Shown here: positions 1-12,630 of the stretch, one piece after another | Position numbering within the stretch: position 1 is the stretch's first letter | Layout: every line of letters begins with the position of its first letter | Assembly (NCBI RefSeq): GCF_006345805.1 | Contig: NC_042999.1 | Span: 40,300,001 to 40,364,000, forward strand | Direction: 5' to 3' | DNA length: 64,000 nucleotides | Origin: Octopus sinensis | Taxonomy: Eukaryota | Program-made: the position numbers and the translations under genes | The notes under the pieces: generated by a model | Seen by the model: the letters and a program-made list of their open reading frames with translations, nothing else | Told to the model about the DNA's origin: nothing | The model's database searches: none

Positions 1-261
1 ATATATTTAATAATTTTCTAAAAAAAAAAATTTTTTTTTTAAATAATAAATATACATATATATATATATATAAGAATTTATAATATAAATTAATAATTTT
101 AAATTTTTAACTCTAAATTTAAATAACTTAATTTTTAATTTTATATTTTCTAATATTTGTATATTATATTAATTAATTCTATTTCTATATTTTGGTTTAT
201 GTTTTTTCCTGTTTGATTTGCCTAATATTGGTTTTATCTCTAATTTAATTTATATATATAC

Positions 262-343
<82 letters not shown>

Positions 344-422
344 CTTACCCACAGACAGAAAATTAAACTGTTTTTACTTCAAATTTTTATAAATTTTATG
401 AATTCTTACTGATATTTTATAA

Positions 423-445
423 GATGAAATACATCGAAACCGGTA
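423..445 (+). ncRNA. Degenerate hammerhead-like 3' half in a (TA)n-flanked unit
   Basis: GATG-aaata-CATC stem II followed by GAAA-CCGG-U-A (palindromic ACCGGU stem III plus UH). The CUGANGA half is not recognisable. Confidence 0.35.
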
Positions 446-1216
446 ATATTTTCTTTATATAAATTTTTTTATGATTTTTATTACATTCCTTCTGAAATTG
501 AAATGTCTTAGACTTACCACTGCGCTATTTCAACCTCCATTTTATATATATAAAAATTTGTTTTGTATATCTTTGTTCTATATACAGATGAGTGGTACAA
601 CAAGGCACCAATATTTACTGCAATCGATATTTACTGCAATCGATACAAATGCAACAATATTGTAAAACTTCACTGCGTATATACTGGCAAAGACGGGCGT
701 GTGAACAAACATGAAAAATTTGTCTTACCTCCACGAAGAACATTCGATAAATGGACAACCCAGAATCGGATAATGCAGGACGGGTTTCTGACTCTTCAAA
801 TACGTTTGACGACGTAAATTTGATCAGACTTCATCAGCTGCATTTACCTAGACAATATTTCAAATGTTACCACATCAATGCCAGTATACTCGGCTGAACG
901 CCTAGCCGTTAACAGACCGAGAACAGTGAAAACGTTTTCAATGAAAAATATTGCAATACAAATGTATTACTTTCCAGTAAAATAAAGCTCCATAAGGGTG
1001 GAAGTATACATATAAATATAGATGATTGGGACAACAAGTCACCAATATTTACTGGAAAGTAGCAATCGACACAAATACGACGCTATATGTATGTATGTAT
1101 AATAATAATAATATAATAATAATAATAATTAATATAATATAAATAATATATATATATATATATAATTATATATATATATATATTATATATTATATATAAT
1201 ATATAATATATATATA

Positions 1217-1295
1217 CAAATAAATGAAAGAATGGGGTGAACGACGAATTCCTTTATTTTATTTTCGACATATGTTTCGAAGGCTGCATATTCGT
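1217..1295 (-). ncRNA. Hammerhead 3' half plus ~50 nt tail between two (TA)n arrays
   Basis: Minus strand reads CCUUC-GAAA-CAUAUG-UC (1278-1267): perfect palindrome ACAUAUGU plus C17. The 5' core is missing, replaced by (TA)n. Confidence 0.5.
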
Positions 1296-1368
1296 ATATA
1301 TATATATATATATTATATATATATATATATATATACTTTATTTAAAGCAGCATGTAATTAAACAAAAC

Positions 1369-1406
1369 CTGTTACTCTGAGTTTCCCGTTGCCGTTCATC
1401 GGACAG
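1369..1406 (-). ncRNA. Minimal type I hammerhead ribozyme, C4 variant
   Basis: CUGU-CCGAUGA-acg gcaa cgg-GAAA-CUC A GAG-U-A-ACAG. Stem I is CUGU/ACAG, stem III is ACUC/GAGU with a 1-nt loop (dimer-type), and U4 is replaced by C. Confidence 0.7.
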
Positions 1407-1422
1407 TTTTGGCTAGCAAAAA

Positions 1423-1460
1423 CTGTCCGATGAACGGCAACGGGAGACTCAGAGTAACAG
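1423..1460 (+). ncRNA. Inverted twin of the 1369-1406 hammerhead, with GAAA changed to GAGA
   Basis: CUGU-CCGAUGA-...-GAGA-CUCAGAGU-A-ACAG. Confidence 0.6.
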
Positions 1461-1953
1461 GTTTTGTTGAATTCTGCTGCTTTAAATAAAGCATATTACT
1501 CTACACTGGTATTTGAGTACTCTTTATTCCACCTTGGTTCCCATTTATGTGTTTACTCCGGTTGTATTATATATATATATATATATTATATATATATATA
1601 TGTATGTATGTATGTGTGTGTGGTTACAAGACGCCACCAACTGTAAACAACATGAAATACGAAAGCAAATGGAAAACAGAGTAACATGAAGAATGAAGCT
1701 CCATCAGCTCTCAGCTGTCCAGTTACTCCCCATTTCGAGCACTGAACCACAATATGAGTCTTCGATGGCAGCTACTCCCACAAAAGCCAAAATATAATTT
1801 GGGATTTATTGAGAGTCAAAGTTTGTAACAAAATCGGGACAAAGGCGACATACCACGAAACTGAAAGTTATGAAACATGGAAGTTCTTTAGACCAGACGA
1901 AGGTAATATATAGCGAACGCTGGAGAAATATTTTCTTTGACAAGAGAAAAGAT

Positions 1954-2021
<68 letters not shown>

Positions 2022-3769
2022 AGGCTACTTTCAGTCTTTACGACAGCTCTGAAGGAAAAGAGAGCTGGACGATGGTCACGCGTGAGCAACGAGAGAGAGT
2101 CTAAAGGGGGTAGCGGGAGATGCATATATGTATTGTCTTAAGTTTTGGAGGTGACGAATTTAGAAATTCTGCTGTTTATTAATCAATTCTCCTACTGTAT
2201 TGGTAAATTATTTTTAAATTTTAGTATTACCTACGAATAAAATTAGTAATTGCAAATGAACTATTCTATCCGAGGAATGTCAGCTTTACAAATGTTCTAA
2301 CGTACAGTATTTTTAACTGACCAAAATATGATTTAATGTTAGGTACTATGATATAAATAAATCGTACGAATTTTAGTACATCTTAATTGTTGCTATACAT
2401 TTACCAGTCAAACATAAAATGATGGCGGACTCTATTCCCCGCAATATGCTTTGCCTATATTAACAAAGTATTTTGATTTTACAGAGGGCATTGTGTTATC
2501 TCCCTTGATTGTTTATAGGTTTGTAAAGGCTCACACAAGTAGATTATATTATTAATCACCTGCACAATGTCACCTGATCCAGTATTTACAACTCACTATA
2601 ATAAAACAACTAGGAGAATCGTTAATGTACCGGACGAAATGATTACTTACATTTCTTCCAGTCCTTTACTTTTTCAGATCAAACTTCCACCGAAGTTGTC
2701 TTTGCCTTTTATCATTTCGAGGTCGAAACTATAAGTAATAGTTCATCGCCAGGTTGAATGTAATTGACTCCCGCACCTCGCAAAAGTTGCTGGCTTTGTA
2801 CCCAAATTGGAAAGAATTATCTTCAAAGATATCTTATTGTATTTAAAATGCTGCTTTCATAGTAAAACACACTCACGATGACATCAAGTTAATTTCTTGT
2901 GTTATTCTGTTATATTTTCTGATGATTCAACTTTCAAGGTTTCATTGAGTTATCTTTAACGTTTATCCTTTTCAGAATCTGCAAACTAAGTTGAGTCAAG
3001 TAGTGTTGGCAATTAAATTGACTGGGCTAGACCCCCATAACTGCGATTGTTACTAGAAATCATTCTATTCAGATAAACTGATGACAATACAAAAGAGGTG
3101 TTAACTCATAATTAATGAGTTGTTGTTTTAATTATTACACAATAGACATTTATGAAACCCCGAGGGATATATCTTAATAAACTTATGAAAGCTTTCCAAA
3201 ACATGGTAAGCACAAACTTTTATGATACACATTGCTAGCAGCATATTAAACATTCTGATGAAACTATGTGTTAGAACTAATGAATTTGCCTTCAACTATA
3301 GCTGGAGGATATGTACATAATTAGAAAGTAAACGTCTAAAGAAAATCAGAGAATAGCCCAAATGAAGTGTATTGTATTAGAAACACAACCAGATAGTGCT
3401 TAGTGTCCAATCTAAAGGAAGATATCAATAATATAATGAACGATACTAACAAAAACAATCTGTAACAATCGCAGGCTATTCAATTCCACAAGTACCTGAT
3501 TATAAATTTAAAGACAGAAATGCGTTCTCAAGTAGATACCACATGTTGTGCGATATGAAAGCATATTGAGTAAGGTCCCTATATTCCCAGGGGAACCAGA
3601 TTTATGTCATGATGTTGACAGATTTTATTCCGCATTTTATGCATATCACACTTATCACTTGCATCTCTAATCGTACGAAAGTTACTAACACTATGGAATT
3701 AACATATTTTTAATTAAAGAGCATAATTTCACCTACGGAGTTTCTAAACCATTCTTCAGGTATGACTGA

Positions 3770-3814
<45 letters not shown>

Positions 3815-3932
3815 ATATGGATCACATGTAAGGTGCTTGACTATTGCACGACCTTTTATGTTCATGATATATCAAAACCGTGAATTATTGAAACAAATGC
3901 AATGAAGGAATGAATGTAAAAAATCACCTTCA

Positions 3933-3978
<46 letters not shown>

Positions 3979-3999
3979 AACACACACAAACACACACAA

Positions 4000-4030
<31 letters not shown>

Positions 4031-4164
4031 CACACACATAAATAATCACACAGAATTGCACACACCTAAAGATATATACGACTGTCTACTTTCAGTTTCC
4101 ATCTATCAAATCCACTCACATATATATGATATATGTATCTAAAATATATGATACATATAAATGC

Positions 4165-4196
<32 letters not shown>

Positions 4197-4207
4197 GTGT
4201 GTGTGTG

Positions 4208-4257
<50 letters not shown>

Positions 4258-4475
4258 TATACATAATATGTATGATATATATATATGACATATATATATA
4301 ATATATATGAGATATATATATATAATATATATATGGGGTGTTGTATGTGTACGTGTGCATCTGTCAGTACATTTTTCTATATTCCTCTGTATATGAAATA
4401 TTACATAATACGTAATATATTGCATATATGTATATAGTTATAAACATAAAACGAGAGAAAGAGAGAGGAACACGG

Positions 4476-4476
4476 T

Positions 4477-4544
<68 letters not shown>

Positions 4545-4625
4545 CATACATACATACATACATACATACATACATACATACATACATACATACATACATA
4601 CATACATACATACATACATACATGC
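4476..4625 (+). repeat. Compound (GATA)n/(CATA)n microsatellite
   Basis: Direct reading of the tandem units. Confidence 0.98.
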
Positions 4626-5135
4626 ATAGCACTGAGAGCAGAAGCACTGTCAGAGGCAAAATATCCACGTAAGAAAATTATATGAAACGAAATAAATGGA
4701 CGGATATTTTGACAAGAAATTTTCCTAGCTATATATTCTCTGATATAAAGAGAAACCGAACTGGGGAAAGCTGTCTAAAATGCTATAGTAAATATATCAT
4801 TAAGAAGGAACGGTGCGCGTGCATTTTGGATCCGTATCTCAGATCTGAAAAATAGCAAGATATCAGAATCAGTTATTGATTTAGCTCAATGCATACTGGT
4901 TAGTTGCAATTAGAAGGTGAATCATTGAACAGTAAGAAAAAGTATAAAATGAATACTTAAACTTACTACTATTAGAATGGAAAGGATTGCTTTCAATTTC
5001 AATATAAAATAGCTAAGCAGCCAGCGGAAATATCCACCGATATGTAAATTATACACTAAATCTAGCATAAAAAATATTTCGATATAGAGGTAAATATTGG
5101 TCTACTAATGGACAAATATATATATATATATATAT

Positions 5136-5176
<41 letters not shown>

Positions 5177-5462
5177 TAAATATATATGTGATTGTGTGCG
5201 GGTATGTGTATGTGTACTTACTGATCTATCTGTTTATATCAGTGAGAGCGTATGTGCTTGCAACCAATAAGCCACTTATGAGTAAACACTGTATGTGTGT
5301 ATACATGTATGTCAATAGGTGCGCGTCTACATGTGCGTGCATATGTGTATATAAGTACAAATACAAACAGACACACACACACACACACATATATAAATAT
5401 GCATATATAAGTATTTATATAATATTCTAACGGTACTGTCGATATTGCAGATATTTATACGG

Positions 5463-5512
<50 letters not shown>

Positions 5513-5779
5513 GAACGCATCTAATTACACTTATAGAAGTATGTATATATCTGTGTGATTACGTTTTTCATATTACAAATTAGGATTTTTATACGTAAGA
5601 TTTTAGCTTTTTTGGCAGATAGAACATTAGTAGACAATACTATTTGAGTACGTATGCATGTAAATACATAGACACCCATATGAATTTAGTCGCACATACA
5701 CACATACACAAACGCACACAGACAAACATCTTTCTCTCACTCTCTCTCACTCTCTCAATATATGTATATACCCCACCAC

Positions 5780-5822
<43 letters not shown>

Positions 5823-5823
<1 letters not shown>

Positions 5824-6788
5824 TGGCCCGCATCAATTTGTACAACATCTTCCCGGTTCGGCCAGGCCCTTCTTGACGTGGCTGAAGATTGTTTTCTATC
5901 GCAACATGTTAAATATCCGACAAGGCATCGGTCTGGGCAGCAGCCATCTATGCTAGATCTGGTATTCTCCGCTATCCAAGATCAGTGTCAGACGTATTTG
6001 TGTGCGCCCCTCTTGCCAAGAGTGATCATGCGGTCCTGAAGTTTGTCATGCACACAACTTTTTCTACGCCCACGACTACTTCGCTGCCACGTAGAGTCTT
6101 CTCTGCAATTAATCTTGAAATTCTAACCGAGGCTTCTGGACTGGCGATCCCTGATGACGTTGTTCTCAGTTGACGAACTATGGTCATCCCTCAAAGCATA
6201 TGTAATCTGTTTGACTGACCAGGCAGTTCCCGTTGGGCTTCCCAAGAAGAAGAAACACAAGCCCTGGGTGACGAAGAAGGTTAAACGAGAACGTCGACTC
6301 AGAGATATTGCTTGGGCTGAATTAAAAAATCTGGATTCGACTGCAGCTTTTCAGGTGTACAAAACTCAACGAGACCGAGCCGTGAAAATTGAAAAGAAAG
6401 AACGCTTCAGTTATGAATACAAAATCGCGGCAAATGCCAGTAGCAATCCAAAAACCTTCTTTGCCCATGTCCAGCGGAATTCCCGCTTGAACAACCAGAT
6501 TGCAACGTTGGTAGACTCAACAGGCGTATCGATTGAGGACCCTTATCAACAGAGTCAATTATTTGCCGAGGCTTTTTCAACTATTTTCAAACAAGATGAT
6601 GGTCGTGAACCCCCTCCATTTGATAGATCGGTACCTCCAATGCTTCGATTGGTCATCACGCGGGACGAAGTCAAACGTGTTATTCAAGGCCTCGATGTCA
6701 ACAAGGGTCACGGCCCTGACGGCATACACCCACGGGTTATCAAAGCGTTGGCTCCGTCATCTGCGAGCCCTTAACACGACTATTCAAT
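5823..6788 (+). pseudogene. CR1 ORF2 endonuclease C-terminus and linker, broken by three frameshifts
   Basis: ORF pieces in 5644-6039, 5985-6173 and 6154-6774 join into a CR1-like EN/linker (KPWVTKKVKR, NPKTFF, KGHGPDGIHPRVIK). A missing C near 6755 restores ALAPVICEPLTRLFNMS. Confidence 0.85.
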
Positions 6789-8153
6789 ATGTCATTGGCG
6801 ACGGGTGTTATACCTGCAGACTGGAGAACAGCGATAATCTGCCCAATTTTCAAGAAAGGGAGCCGCGAAGACCCGCTTAACTACCGAACGGTTTCCCTTA
6901 CATCAATAATCAGCAAGATGTTCGAAACCATCCTTAAGAAAAGTATGATGCTCCACCTCCTAAACACAGCCTCTATCTCTGATTCCCAACACGGCTTCGT
7001 GCCGAAGAGATCATGCTTGACCAACTTACTAGTAATGGAAGAATTGGTGACGCGCATCCTCGATGATAGTGATGCTGTTGACATCGTTTTATTGGACTTT
7101 GCCAAAGCTTTTGACTCGGTAAACCACCGCCTATTACTTGTCAAGCTTCAAGCATATAGTTTCCATCCGGATATTATACGATGGGTTGGTGCCTTCCTCT
7201 CAGATCGCTCCTTCCAAGTCCAAGTTAATGGTTCGCGGTCCGACGGCTCCAGTGCGAGCAGTGGCGTGCCTCAGGGTTCAGTGCTTGGGCCCTTGTTGTT
7301 CTTAGTCTTCATAAATGACTTGCCCGACGACCTCACGCAACACACCCTTCTATTTGCCGACGATCTCAAACTGGTCGCTCCTCGCGGTAATATAGAGGAT
7401 CTTCGTCGATGCCTCCAGCAAATTTGGAAGTGGTCTAACGATTGGGACCTGTGTCTGAACGTGTCAAAGTGCTGTCATCTGCCTGTCGGCTCTACTCCTG
7501 CAACTCAACTTGATTTCGAGCCGGGTCGTCTGCTGCTGGAGAGGACCGATCAGGTAAAGGACCTGGGTATCTTGGTGGATTCCTCCTTTTCGCCTTCGAC
7601 CCAGTGCGTCCATGCTGCCAACAAAGCACGCGGAATTCTGTTCTTGATTCGACGGTCATTCGGAATGCTCACAGCATCCATATTCCTACCACTCTATGTC
7701 ACGCTGGTGAGACCCATATTGGAGTATGGGATTCAAGCCTCTTCTCCTTATCTCCTCAAAGACATACAGCATCTCGAAAGATTCCAGAGGCTGGCTACCC
7801 GCATGGTTCATGGTCTCAAAAATTTGTCCTACGAAGAAAGGCTGAGGACGCTCGACCTTTATTCTCTGGAAAAACGCCGCCGCCGTGGTGATCTCATTCT
7901 CGCCCACAACATCATAAGCGGGAAGTGTAACCTCTTGAAAGAGCTGTTCGTCACTCCTGCTCCAGAGCGTCGGCTGCGGGGTCATTCCGAAAAGCTCTAC
8001 CTGCGACGATTTCATCTCAATCGAAGGAGAGGAGCTTTCTTCGTCCGGGTTGCGGATCCGTGGAACAAGCTGCCAGACGTGATGGTGAAGAGGCCGACGA
8101 CCGCTTTGTTCAAAGCCTCCCTGGACCTCAAGTGGCCTGAACTCTTTACATGA
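6789..8153 (+). CDS. CR1 reverse transcriptase (ORF2 C-terminal 454 aa)
   Basis: IFKKGSR..NYRTVSLTS, QHGF, LDFAKAFDSVNH, GVPQGSVLGPLLF, LFADDLKL, KDLGI, RPILEYG. Confidence 0.95.
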   Translation: MSLATGVIPADWRTAIICPIFKKGSREDPLNYRTVSLTSIISKMFETILKKSMMLHLLNTASISDSQHGFVPKRSCLTNLLVMEELVTRILDDSDAVDIVLLDFAKAFDSVNHRLLLVKLQAYSFHPDIIRWVGAFLSDRSFQVQVNGSRSDGSSASSGVPQGSVLGPLLFLVFINDLPDDLTQHTLLFADDLKLVAPRGNIEDLRRCLQQIWKWSNDWDLCLNVSKCCHLPVGSTPATQLDFEPGRLLLERTDQVKDLGILVDSSFSPSTQCVHAANKARGILFLIRRSFGMLTASIFLPLYVTLVRPILEYGIQASSPYLLKDIQHLERFQRLATRMVHGLKNLSYEERLRTLDLYSLEKRRRRGDLILAHNIISGKCNLLKELFVTPAPERRLRGHSEKLYLRRFHLNRRRGAFFVRVADPWNKLPDVMVKRPTTALFKASLDLKWPELFT

Positions 8154-8272
8154 ACACCACCCTGTACTTAACTCCATGTCCCCCTACATGGCCTTGCTAT
8201 TTGCTTTTGAGCCAAATTAACTAACTAACTAACTAACTAACTAACTACATTATATATATATATATATATATA

Positions 8273-8303
<31 letters not shown>

Positions 8304-9110
8304 GTTGTATTTATAAATGTTCTAAAATCTTCACACCCTTGGTTTTTTCATCTCATTCTGAAATACATATATACTTACATATATAAAACAATTACAATAA
8401 ATAGGAAGTTCAATACATCTGCAAATTTTATATTTTTATAGTCGCTTGTACAATATACTTGAAACATGTGTCGTGCAGAGCGAAACCAGCTTTTATCGAT
8501 CTCATAAAATACGTTCGGATTGCTTACCTCAACTTATCCTATCTATTCTTTATCACTCGATGCGGTAAACCATAACGTTGATTTTAACTGAATGCTCGAA
8601 CGGTATACGCGTGGGTTCTTTATCTCTAACTATTCACAACATATACCTGTATTCTATGCGTACAGCACAGGAGGGGCCATATTGGTAGGTAATTCTGTTA
8701 TGATTTTACAGCTATATAAAAAATTGTTTTTCATATTTTCATGAATTTTTTCATTCGTTTTTAAATTCAAATATTGCTAAATTCATCGCAGCGATTTTTA
8801 GACCTCCAGAATCTAGTCTTCGAGATGAAATGAGATACAGGTAAATTATTGGTCCTTTATTATAGACAGGTGTGATATATAGATAGCCTTGCCCACAATG
8901 GGGATATCCGTAAAATATTGATGCTTTATTCATTAAGCCTTTCATGTTTACTCCTCCTTAGTGTCAAGTGGGGAAGTACTTTTTCAATGATCGTTACTTG
9001 TATGTGCTTGGTGAAATGGTAGCGGGATATATATATAACAACAGGTAATCGAAGCTGTGACGGTGCTTTACTCATCATCTATTTATACAGTTTGTATTTC
9101 TCCATTATAT

Positions 9111-9152
<42 letters not shown>

Positions 9153-9893
9153 AAAGTGAGAGAGAGAGAGAGCGAGAGACGCAAGCCCGAAGTTATGCAT
9201 TCATGTTTCTATGAATGTATGTAGGCGTATATATGTATGTCTACAACCAAATCGGGCGTATTGGCTTTTGTATAGCATTTGCGATGATTCTAAGGAGAAT
9301 ATATACTATTAGAAATTAAGTGATTAACACGGTGATATTTCCTACAAGCCAAAGTTGAGAACTAATTCATCAAAAACTGGCTTATTATCTCACCTTTCGA
9401 ACAGCAATGGCATTTAAATGTAATAATAAGCGTCACGTATCTACTTTAGAATACTTTTCCGAAAATAGCTTAGTATAATTATCTGAAGACGCTATTCTTC
9501 AATCAACATGTGTTAGATACCAACTACGATATTTAGAGTATACTTTTTTTCTATTATTGAGATATAGTCATCTCTTCTTTTTTTAGTAATAACATCTGTC
9601 TAGAGCATTTACATTTCAGTGTAGAGGTATAACAGTAGTTTTTAGCATAATACTTTTTGTAACTTACCTTCTTTCAATTAGTAATTGATTGACACAAAAT
9701 AATGTCGTATATAATCTGCTTATTATAAAATGTACCATTTATCTAAGATTTGAATTTAATGTGCCTTCAATCCTAGATTTTCTGATATACACTAAAATTT
9801 TCTTTTTATTATATTTTTTTTAGTTTAATTTAGGTTTCTATTTTTTATTTGCTGCATCATTTTGTAAATCGTTTGTAACATGTATCTGCTCGA

Positions 9894-10507
9894 GGCGGCG
9901 AGCTGGTAGAAACGTTAGCACGTCGGACGAAATGCTTAGGGGTATTTCGTCTGCCGCTACGTTCTGAGTTCAAATTCCGCCGAGGTCGACTTTGCCTTTC
10001 ATTCTTTCGGGGTCAATTAAATAAGTACCAGACACGCACTGGGGTCTATATAATCAACTTAATCCGTTTGGCTGTCCTTGTTTGTCCTGTTTGTGTTTAG
10101 CCCCTTGTGGGTAGTAAAGAAATAGGTATTTCGTCTGACGTTACGTTCTGAGTTCAAACTCCACCGAGGTAAACTTTGCCTTACGTCCTTTCGAAATCAA
10201 TAAATTAAGTAGCAGTTATGGACTGAGGTCAATATAATCGACTTAATCTGTTTGTCTGCCCTTGTTTGTCCCCTCTCTGTGTAGCCCCTTGTGGGCAGTA
10301 AAGAAATGAGAACCGTTAGCACGCCGAGCGAAATGCTTAGCAGTATTTCGTCTATCTTTATGATTTGAGTTCAAATTCCGCTGAGGACGACTTTGCCTTT
10401 CATCCTTTCAGGGTCGATAAATTAAGTAGCAGTTGCGTACAGGAGTCGATCTAATCAACTGGGCTCCCTCGCCCAAAATTTCGGGCCTCGTGTCTAGAAT
10501 AGAAAAG
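9894..10507 (+). mobile_element. tRNA-derived SINE family A, tandem trimer
   Basis: Head ggcggcgagctgg..gttagcacg, B-box-like gagttcaaattcc, and central gaggtcgactttgcctttcatcctttcggggtcgat repeated three times. Many other copies occur in the window. Confidence 0.85.
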
Positions 10508-10635
10508 AACATGTATCTGATCAATTTTCAGTCTCTCACACTTTTTCCTGATTTCTGTCACATATTTCTCTCTTCTCAACTCTCTTTCTCTCTCTCTCAT
10601 TGCCTCTACGTACACGTGTGTAGGTGCATACATAC

Positions 10636-10703
<68 letters not shown>

Positions 10704-10834
10704 TTATTTATATATATATATTTATTTATTTATATATATTTATTTATTTATATATATATATTTATTTATTATATATTGTATATGTGTGTGTATATGTATG
10801 TATGTATGTATGTATGTATATATATATATATAAT

Positions 10835-11360
10835 TAAGGGTACTAACAAGTAGTACCGGCATGCTAACTATAGCACACAAAATGATATATTCATATATAT
10901 CTATATTGGTATATAGAGGTAGTAAGTAGATAAATACAATCAGGCTTTATACATATATTCATGAGTACAAAAAATACAGAATAGAAGTTACAAATAAAGA
11001 AAATATATGTATATACAGAAATGATGACTTATCTCGACAGCTGTTTCAGGAAACAGTGTTATGTACTGACCATAATTTACAGCATAACATCATTGGTACC
11101 TCACCGATGATCAGTCAAATATAGTTATTACAGAAATTTCAAAAGGCAGTTGGCAAATGCGTGTCGTTTAGTACTATTTACAAACAAAAGAAGTTGAAGG
11201 GAAAGAACAAGTTGAGAAAAGGTGGTAGATAAGAGACCAGATGGGAGAAGAGGAGCGGAGATACGATAAAAACAACAGTAAAGATGCGATAATTTGTCCC
11301 TGATAGAGCTTTTGGTCTATAAGAAGCTTGAGAAACTTTAAACCGCACGGAATCAAGATA
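10835..11360 (-). mobile_element. Probable Penelope-like 3' end (pLTR) remnant with a degenerate HHR
   Basis: Minus strand has CCU-GAAA-CAGCUG-UC (perfect palindromic stem III, 11047-11036), a weak PLE-like C-terminus LLI..K...GQIIASLLLF, and ends at (TA)n. Confidence 0.45.
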
Positions 11361-12342
11361 TTTTGAATTATATGCAGCTCATACTAAATGTTATGAGTGC
11401 TTTTTCCTTTCGTTTGTCTACTCACTCACACACACACACACACCACACACACACACACACACACGTACACACACGTACACACACACAGACATATATATCT
11501 AATAATATATAAAATAGAGATGTGTACGTGTCCACTTTTCATGGGAAAATATTTTCACCAATTGCTTTCAAACTTGTGATGCATGAGTAATCTGACTTCG
11601 GACAAATAATAGGCTGTTCATTCGATATTTCCAATAAAACGTATCAAAAATAAAAAAAATATTGCTGCTTATATTACATTCACGACTTTGAAAGATTTTA
11701 AAATATGTACTTAGAGAGGTAGAGATATCTATCTATCTATATCTCTTGTTTTCTCTCACATTTTTCGGACGCTATTCTCTTCCCTTTCAATTTTCCTACG
11801 CCATTTTTAATTTCCATGTTATCGATTTCACTGTGAGTCTAAGTTTTCAATCGCTGTTTACTAACAAACAACGACAAATTACTGACAGAAGGAAGTTCGT
11901 AATTACTGATATAAGTAATTTCATAATATAGTGACAGAAGTATTTTCATAAATTTCACTTCAATCCCTACGGTTTTGTGTTTTTCTGTTGTTGACGGTTT
12001 CTTTCTATTTCCTTCGATTCTGGCTCTTTGGTTCACTGAGTGAAAAATGTTGCTTCAATCCGTACGATACTTTATTTTCTCTTAAAAATTCTTATTTACA
12101 TTTTGCCTGCGGTATTAAGAAACATAATTTCCGTTACCATGTTATTCTCATTGTTTACTGTCCTCTGCACTCGTGTACTTCTGTATACATATATAACCAT
12201 GCTTAGAAGGGAAGTGCCAAATTTTGTCGACATAACTACAGATTTCTGTCCCCCACACTTCACCGCCAATTTGGATGATCATAACTTTTAGAAAAATAAA
12301 TATTTTAAGTAGCATTTTCTACGAATATGTGTTATGTCATGT

Positions 12343-12630
12343 AGATTCCGAATACACGTATTTTCACCTCTTTCGATCTCTTTCATATGCTATGCACAGA
12401 GTTTCCTTCAATAATGTTGCAGAATTGAGGGCTTGGTTGGATCGATTTTTCGAGTCGAAATCGGGAGATTTCTACTAACGAGGTATTGAAAATCTTGTTG
12501 AACGCTGGGAAGGAGTTGTAAACAACAGGGTGAATACATTATTGATTAATTCGTTGTTATTTGTTTTAATTAAACCTTTCAAAATTTGAAATAGAAGAAA
12601 CAGCGGGAACTTGTTTGCCAACCCAATATA
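12343..12630 (+). mobile_element. mariner transposon 3' fragment with terminal inverted repeat
   Basis: YFHLFRSLS..SFNNVAELRAWLDRFFESKSGDFY*RGIENLVERWEGVVNN (mariner C-terminus), followed by cgggaacttgtttgccaacccaata and TA. Confidence 0.85.

Larger units (their letters stand above)
1336..1491. repeat. ~156 bp near-perfect palindrome made of two head-to-head HHR-bearing units
   Basis: ctttatttaaagcagca...cggacagtttt / GCTAGC centre / aaaactgtccg...tgctgctttaaataaag. The arms are reverse complements with a few mismatches. Confidence 0.95.
5823..8247 (+). mobile_element. CR1-clade LINE, 5'-truncated within the APE endonuclease, with (AACT)n tail, inserted in a (TA)n array
   Basis: EN C-terminus QHVKYPTR..LDLVFS..SDHAVLKF; RT motifs; short 3'UTR ending in (AACT)7 at about 8219-8246; (TA)n on both sides. 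Confidence 0.95.

Noticed and set aside
1-220. Extremely AT-rich irregular sequence at the window start
   Set aside because: Low complexity, possibly low-quality consensus; no supportable feature.
800-845. Minus-strand CUGAUGAAG that could start another hammerhead
   Set aside because: No GAAA at the right place and no convincing stem II.
7686-8177. 163 aa antisense ORF open in both CR1 copies (also 18580-19071)
   Set aside because: The copies are too similar for retention to imply selection, and antisense ORFs opposite GC-richer RT sequence are common.
9894-10507. Repeated units with spacers superficially like a CRISPR array
   Set aside because: Eukaryotic SINE multimer; the units are ~180 bp and degenerate, and there are no cas genes.
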